A DNA stretch of 63,918 nucleotides, counting the filler, from Limisphaerales bacterium (GTDB taxonomy: Bacteria > Verrucomicrobiota > Verrucomicrobiia > Limisphaerales > SIBE01), in the NCBI GenBank assembly GCA_044225505.1. It is 4 parts of 4 records of this genome, joined end to end, with 100 filler letters (N's around TTAATTAATTAA, not from the genome) between each part and the next. Parts side by side here need not be neighbours in the genome. Positions count along the whole stretch, not along the records: positions 51,922 to 63,918 come from JBGAIN010000212.1; 3 more parts are not named here. One strand, given 5' to 3'. Each line of letters begins with the position of its first letter. The first letter of the stretch is position 1. A program made the position numbers and the translations under genes. This document shows, one piece after another, positions 59,870 through 63,918 of this stretch. Under the pieces are notes generated by a model, which saw only the letters and a program-made list of their open reading frames with translations, was not told the DNA's origin and made no database searches.

Positions 59870-61855
59870 ATGCGTATCGTCTGGATTGCTGCGGCCTCTT
59901 GGATTCTGCTTAACGTCCCAGGTAACGTTGCCGCTGATCGGAGCATCTATTCTTTCGACCGCCAGATCTCACGCCCAACGCTGGAGAATTATCTATCTCG
60001 CGCCGTCACGTTTTCCGATTTGCTCCACGGCCGCGGGAATGTGGTCGATAACCTGCGGTTCCTCACGAATACCGGAGCAAAGTTCGTCGGACGTGCCATT
60101 TACCGCTGGGGTGGTGAGGCTGAACTTCCGGCGTTGCTCGCGAGAGCAACGCCAATCGCAATTGCCGCCCACGAATCGGACCCAGACTTGATCTTGCAGG
60201 CAGCGTGTTTCGAGATCATCAGCCAGCAAGTCGATCAGTTACCCGTCCCGGAATGGGTATTTCTCGAATGTAATCAACCGGTTGAGCGAAGGAATTTTCG
60301 CTACTCCGCGATGCTCTACCCAGAAGGTCACCTGCAAAATCATTGGGGTCCCGAAGCCTCAGTCCCGGACATGAGTCGCCCTGAGACACAACTCTGGTTT
60401 CTTTACCTCGCCGGGAGTTATATCAAAATCGGCATCGAGGCGATTCACTTTGGACAGGTTGAACTCATGGACCATCGAGATCGCGACCACACTCATTGGA
60501 GAAGACTCCTCGCCCGCGTCCGTGCCTACGCCTCCCGCCACGCCAGACGGCATTTGATTCTTTGCGACGCGCATGTGCCCAGCGGCGGTATTGTCCATGA
60601 AGGGCAACTCCTGTTCGACCTCCACTCATTCCCTCTGCGCATTGACGAGGTAGTTGATAAACCGGAAGAAGGCGTTTTAAAAATCGGTTACCTTGACAGC
60701 TTGTTCGGCCGAAGCAAAGGAGGCGCAACCCCGAGTGGATGGACCTGCGAACATCTCCCATTCCTCGTTGAACTCGACAACTTCGAACCGAGCGGCCGGG
60801 AAGGACAGAACATCGGGCAACACTGGATTTGGGGGTACGACGAGATTTCCTGGTTTGCCCATCAATCCGAGGCGTATCGGAATCAGTGGCTGCGCTACGC
60901 TTCGGAGTGGATCCAACAGCACGACACCAACGGCTGGCTGCAAATGCCTGGCAGCCGAACGCTCTCGGCACCGGTTGACGGCAAACATTGGTATTGGGCC
61001 AATTCGAAAAGCACTGCGGTTCCCGACGGATTCAGTCAGGAATCGACCATTAAAACCATCTGGCAGGCTGGGAATCATGGATCCAACGCGGGCATAGCGC
61101 CAACTCCAGAGAAAGATCTGAGGCACTCCGTTTGGGAAGGATACGATCGGCTTGATTTTCAAGTTGCGGGACGAGCCAGCTTGCTCGTCGTACCGAAGGC
61201 ATCCGCCCCAGGAAGCCCTTGGATTTGGAGGACTGAGTTTTTTGGACACGAGCCACAAGGGGACTTGTCCTTGCTCGGGAAAGGTTTTCATGTGGCCTAC
61301 ACCGACGTGCAGAACCTTTACGGTGCGCCCAAGGCCCTGGACCACATGGACCTGTTCTATTCGCACGTGACAAACCGCTTCGGACTGGGTGCCAGGCCGG
61401 TGCTGGAGGGTCTCAGTCGAGGTGGCCTGTTTGCGTTCAACTGGGCAGCACGACATCCGACGCGTGTGACCTGCCTCTACGTCGATGCCCCGGTCTGCGA
61501 CTTTAAGAGTTGGCCAGCTGGATGGGGAAAAGGCCCGGGTTCTCCCTCGGATTGGGCGCGCTGCAAAGAGGTTTACGGATTAACGGATGAACAAGCCCGA
61601 GCGTATGCCTATAATCCAGTCGATAACTTAGCTCCCCTCGCCGCCCACCATGTGCCCATTCTCAGCATCTGTGGTGACGCGGATGAGGTAGTCCCATTTG
61701 ACGAAAACACGCAAGTCGTACAGAAGCGCTATTCGGAATTGGATGGTCCCATCACGGTCATTGTAAAGCCCGGAGTTAAACACCACCCGCATAGCCTCAA
61801 GGACCCAGCGCCAATCGTCGAGTTTATCCTAAAGGCCTCCGCCATGTCGAAATGA
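59870..61855 (+). CDS. Secreted two-domain protein: uncharacterised N-terminal domain plus alpha/beta hydrolase
   Basis: Signal peptide; C-terminal GLSRGG nucleophile, GDADEVVP Asp and HHPH His. Confidence 0.8.
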   Translation: MRIVWIAAASWILLNVPGNVAADRSIYSFDRQISRPTLENYLSRAVTFSDLLHGRGNVVDNLRFLTNTGAKFVGRAIYRWGGEAELPALLARATPIAIAAHESDPDLILQAACFEIISQQVDQLPVPEWVFLECNQPVERRNFRYSAMLYPEGHLQNHWGPEASVPDMSRPETQLWFLYLAGSYIKIGIEAIHFGQVELMDHRDRDHTHWRRLLARVRAYASRHARRHLILCDAHVPSGGIVHEGQLLFDLHSFPLRIDEVVDKPEEGVLKIGYLDSLFGRSKGGATPSGWTCEHLPFLVELDNFEPSGREGQNIGQHWIWGYDEISWFAHQSEAYRNQWLRYASEWIQQHDTNGWLQMPGSRTLSAPVDGKHWYWANSKSTAVPDGFSQESTIKTIWQAGNHGSNAGIAPTPEKDLRHSVWEGYDRLDFQVAGRASLLVVPKASAPGSPWIWRTEFFGHEPQGDLSLLGKGFHVAYTDVQNLYGAPKALDHMDLFYSHVTNRFGLGARPVLEGLSRGGLFAFNWAARHPTRVTCLYVDAPVCDFKSWPAGWGKGPGSPSDWARCKEVYGLTDEQARAYAYNPVDNLAPLAAHHVPILSICGDADEVVPFDENTQVVQKRYSELDGPITVIVKPGVKHHPHSLKDPAPIVEFILKASAMSK

Positions 61856-62320
61856 CAGATAACGGAGCTCAAGGGATGGTTGGAGAGGAAGCCGCCTTTC
61901 CTGAGCGTGTCAACGGCTTACTCGTGATCCAGCCCTTTCCCCGGCCTTGGTGTTCCACAAGCCACGGTTGGTAAACGCAGTCCCTTTCCCAAGTTCCGCA
62001 GTCGAGCCGGAATCACGTGCTCGGCCTGGTAATGCCAATTTCGAAATGGCGCAGATCACCCGTCCAACCTCGCCTGGTCAATGGTTGCCCAGGACATCGC
62101 CTGAGTCACCCACAACACCAGAACGGTTAGCAATTTTGGATTGATCATTTGCGACGAAGGTTACTCGGTCGTTTCCAAAACTCGAAGCGCGATTCGCACT
62201 GCCGCTTCGGCACGCGTCGCTCTGAGCTCAGGACGGCAAGCAGCGTTCAACGAAACGATGCATTGATGGATTTCGTTTTTTGGCGTACGCTGACCTTGGT
62301 GGTCTCACGGCATTCATGTT

Positions 62321-62674
62321 ATGAAAAACTCCGATTTGGTTTTCATTGGCATCAAAGGTTCGGTGGTAGCGCTAAACCGCGCAACAGGAGAGCAAGTCTG
62401 GTCTATTCACCTCAAAGGGTCGGACTTTGTTAACGTCGTTGTGGAGTTTGGCCAAGTCTTCGCCACCTGCTCAGGAGAGGTATTCTGCTTGGATCCGCTC
62501 AGTGGAACGGGACTTTGGCACAATCCTCTGAGGGGCATGGGCACCGGACTAGCCACCATCGCGACTTCCGACGGGATTCGTGACAACCTAAGCGCGGTCC
62601 TGGCAGAAAAACATCGGCGCGACCAAGAAACCGCCGCCGTTTCAAGCACGACCGTCGTGACTGCGGCGTCTTGA
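62321..62674 (+). CDS. Small PQQ-like beta-propeller repeat protein
   Basis: VVALNRATGEQVW and VFCLDPLSGTGLW repeats. Confidence 0.75.
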   Translation: MKNSDLVFIGIKGSVVALNRATGEQVWSIHLKGSDFVNVVVEFGQVFATCSGEVFCLDPLSGTGLWHNPLRGMGTGLATIATSDGIRDNLSAVLAEKHRRDQETAAVSSTTVVTAAS

Positions 62675-62693
62675 CCGTCAACTCGGCAAGTCC

Positions 62694-63233
62694 GTGTTTG
62701 CGCTCCTTCCTATTGTCACTGAGCGCCTAACCTTGCGCCTGATCAGGATGCAAGATGCCCACGATTTCCAACAACTCGCTGGGCGACGAGAGATCGCCGA
62801 TACCATGATCTCCATTCCGCACCCTTGCTCCCTGTTCCAAGCTCAGCATTGGATCACCACCCAGTGCAACGCCAGCGCAGACGGGAAATGCCTGCCTCTA
62901 GCCATAGAATCCAACTGTTCCCGTCAACTCGTCGGCACGGTCGCACTCCGCGATATTGATCAAATTCATTCCTGCGCGGAGCTGGGGATCTGGATTGGCT
63001 CGGATTGGTGGGGCCTAGGGTTTGGCACTGAAGCAGCGCGGGCCATTATCCGCTATGCGTTTGACTCCCTCGCGCTCAATCGCGTCTGCGCCCACCATAT
63101 GGTCCGCAATCCCGCCTCGGGCCGCATGCTGGAAAAAGCCGGCATGAAACGTGAAGGACTGCTTCGACAAGCCGTTCGCAAGTGGGGAACATTCGAGGAC
63201 GTCGTCCTGCTGGCAATCCTCCGCAGCGACTAG
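62694..63233 (+). CDS. GNAT N-acetyltransferase (RimJ/RimL family)
   Basis: TERLTLR, AELGIWIGSDWWGLGFGTEAA, NPASGRMLEKAGMKREG. Confidence 0.92.
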   Translation: MFALLPIVTERLTLRLIRMQDAHDFQQLAGRREIADTMISIPHPCSLFQAQHWITTQCNASADGKCLPLAIESNCSRQLVGTVALRDIDQIHSCAELGIWIGSDWWGLGFGTEAARAIIRYAFDSLALNRVCAHHMVRNPASGRMLEKAGMKREGLLRQAVRKWGTFEDVVLLAILRSD

Positions 63234-63540
63234 CGACTTGGCGTTCGTCTCCCGTCTCTAAGAATTAGCTTCAGGCGAAAAGCTTCGCCCACCAGACCTC
63301 GGGCCTTAGGCTTAGATCAAGGCTCGCTGCGATGAGACGCGTCCACTCAACGAATCGACAGCCGCTTCCGGACCAGACATCCGCAGTGCAGAACAAGAAA
63401 CGGTCAAGAAAAAGCAATCCGGGTGTAGATGCTCTTAAAGCCGCTTTTACTGTTTGAGGCGAACGCTCCGTGTTGACGAAATCACATCCTAGTCTGTCGC
63501 CGCCTTCACTGGAGAACAACCCCTGAACCCCCAAATCATC

Positions 63541-63918
63541 ATGAGACTCGTGCCAAAGTTAGCTTGTGTTGTGCCGCTTCTGGCGCTGCTCCTCAGCCCA
63601 TCCCAGCCGACCTCCGCGGCCGAAACACCGCCTGACATATATAACTTCAGCAAGCCTGCCGCAGGCTCCATGCAAATCTTCTTCCACGGGGGGTCCGGCC
63701 CCTTCTTGATCCAAACCAGGAAATCGCTCGATCCAGCCGCACCTTGGATAGACTTGCCCGATGCCAGCGTGACCGAGGTTCGACCTGGCGTCTTAATGGG
63801 CCTGGTCCCGAGCCCAGCGGGTACTGTCGACCTCAACTTCTATCGCATCGTCAGTGAAGGGGGTGAAGCCGCAGCCGACTTACAAGGATGGACAGTCCTG
63901 CTCCGGACGAGCGTGCCG
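63541..63918 (+). CDS. Secreted protein, 5' fragment (runs off the window)
   Basis: Open frame MRLVPKLACVVPLLALLLSP.. signal peptide, then GGSGPFLIQTRKSL..W..NFYRIV. Confidence 0.7.
   Translation, partial: MRLVPKLACVVPLLALLLSPSQPTSAAETPPDIYNFSKPAAGSMQIFFHGGSGPFLIQTRKSLDPAAPWIDLPDASVTEVRPGVLMGLVPSPAGTVDLNFYRIVSEGGEAAADLQGWTVLLRTSVP

Overview
A GC-rich bacterial draft or MAG region made of four contigs joined by 100-nt N linkers that carry TTAATTAATTAA (16948-17047, 34552-34651, 51822-51921), so gene adjacency across these gaps is not meaningful. Gene content suggests Verrucomicrobiota, probably Pedosphaerales/Limisphaerales-like (inference): planctomycete-type cytochrome c/DUF1549, LTD-CotH, ThuA, PQQ propellers and large LamG/Ig/NHL surface proteins. 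Housekeeping genes are purH, araD, ruvB (partial), a grpE-like fragment, an EF-G paralog, topoisomerase IB and RNase P RNA. Transport genes are a ClcB-like channel, a MacAB-type ABC operon, a Kef-like antiporter and a Zn/Mn uptake operon. The most notable items are: (1) a voltage-sensor (S1-S4) domain fused to a CorA Mg2+ channel; (2) a lipoprotein consisting almost entirely of a very small Hint (intein-like) domain; (3) a CxxC/RAPP leader peptide in front of the metal-uptake operon; (4) adjacent surface proteins with cohesin-dockerin-cohesin-like architecture and a shared terminal module; (5) a flavinylated/Fe-S membrane protein apparently fused to ApbE; (6) three intergenic 11-bp-period repeats and a recurrent TGGTGAC-N5-GTCACCA palindrome. 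Two genes are frameshifted. All calls come from reading motifs by eye; no database searches were run.
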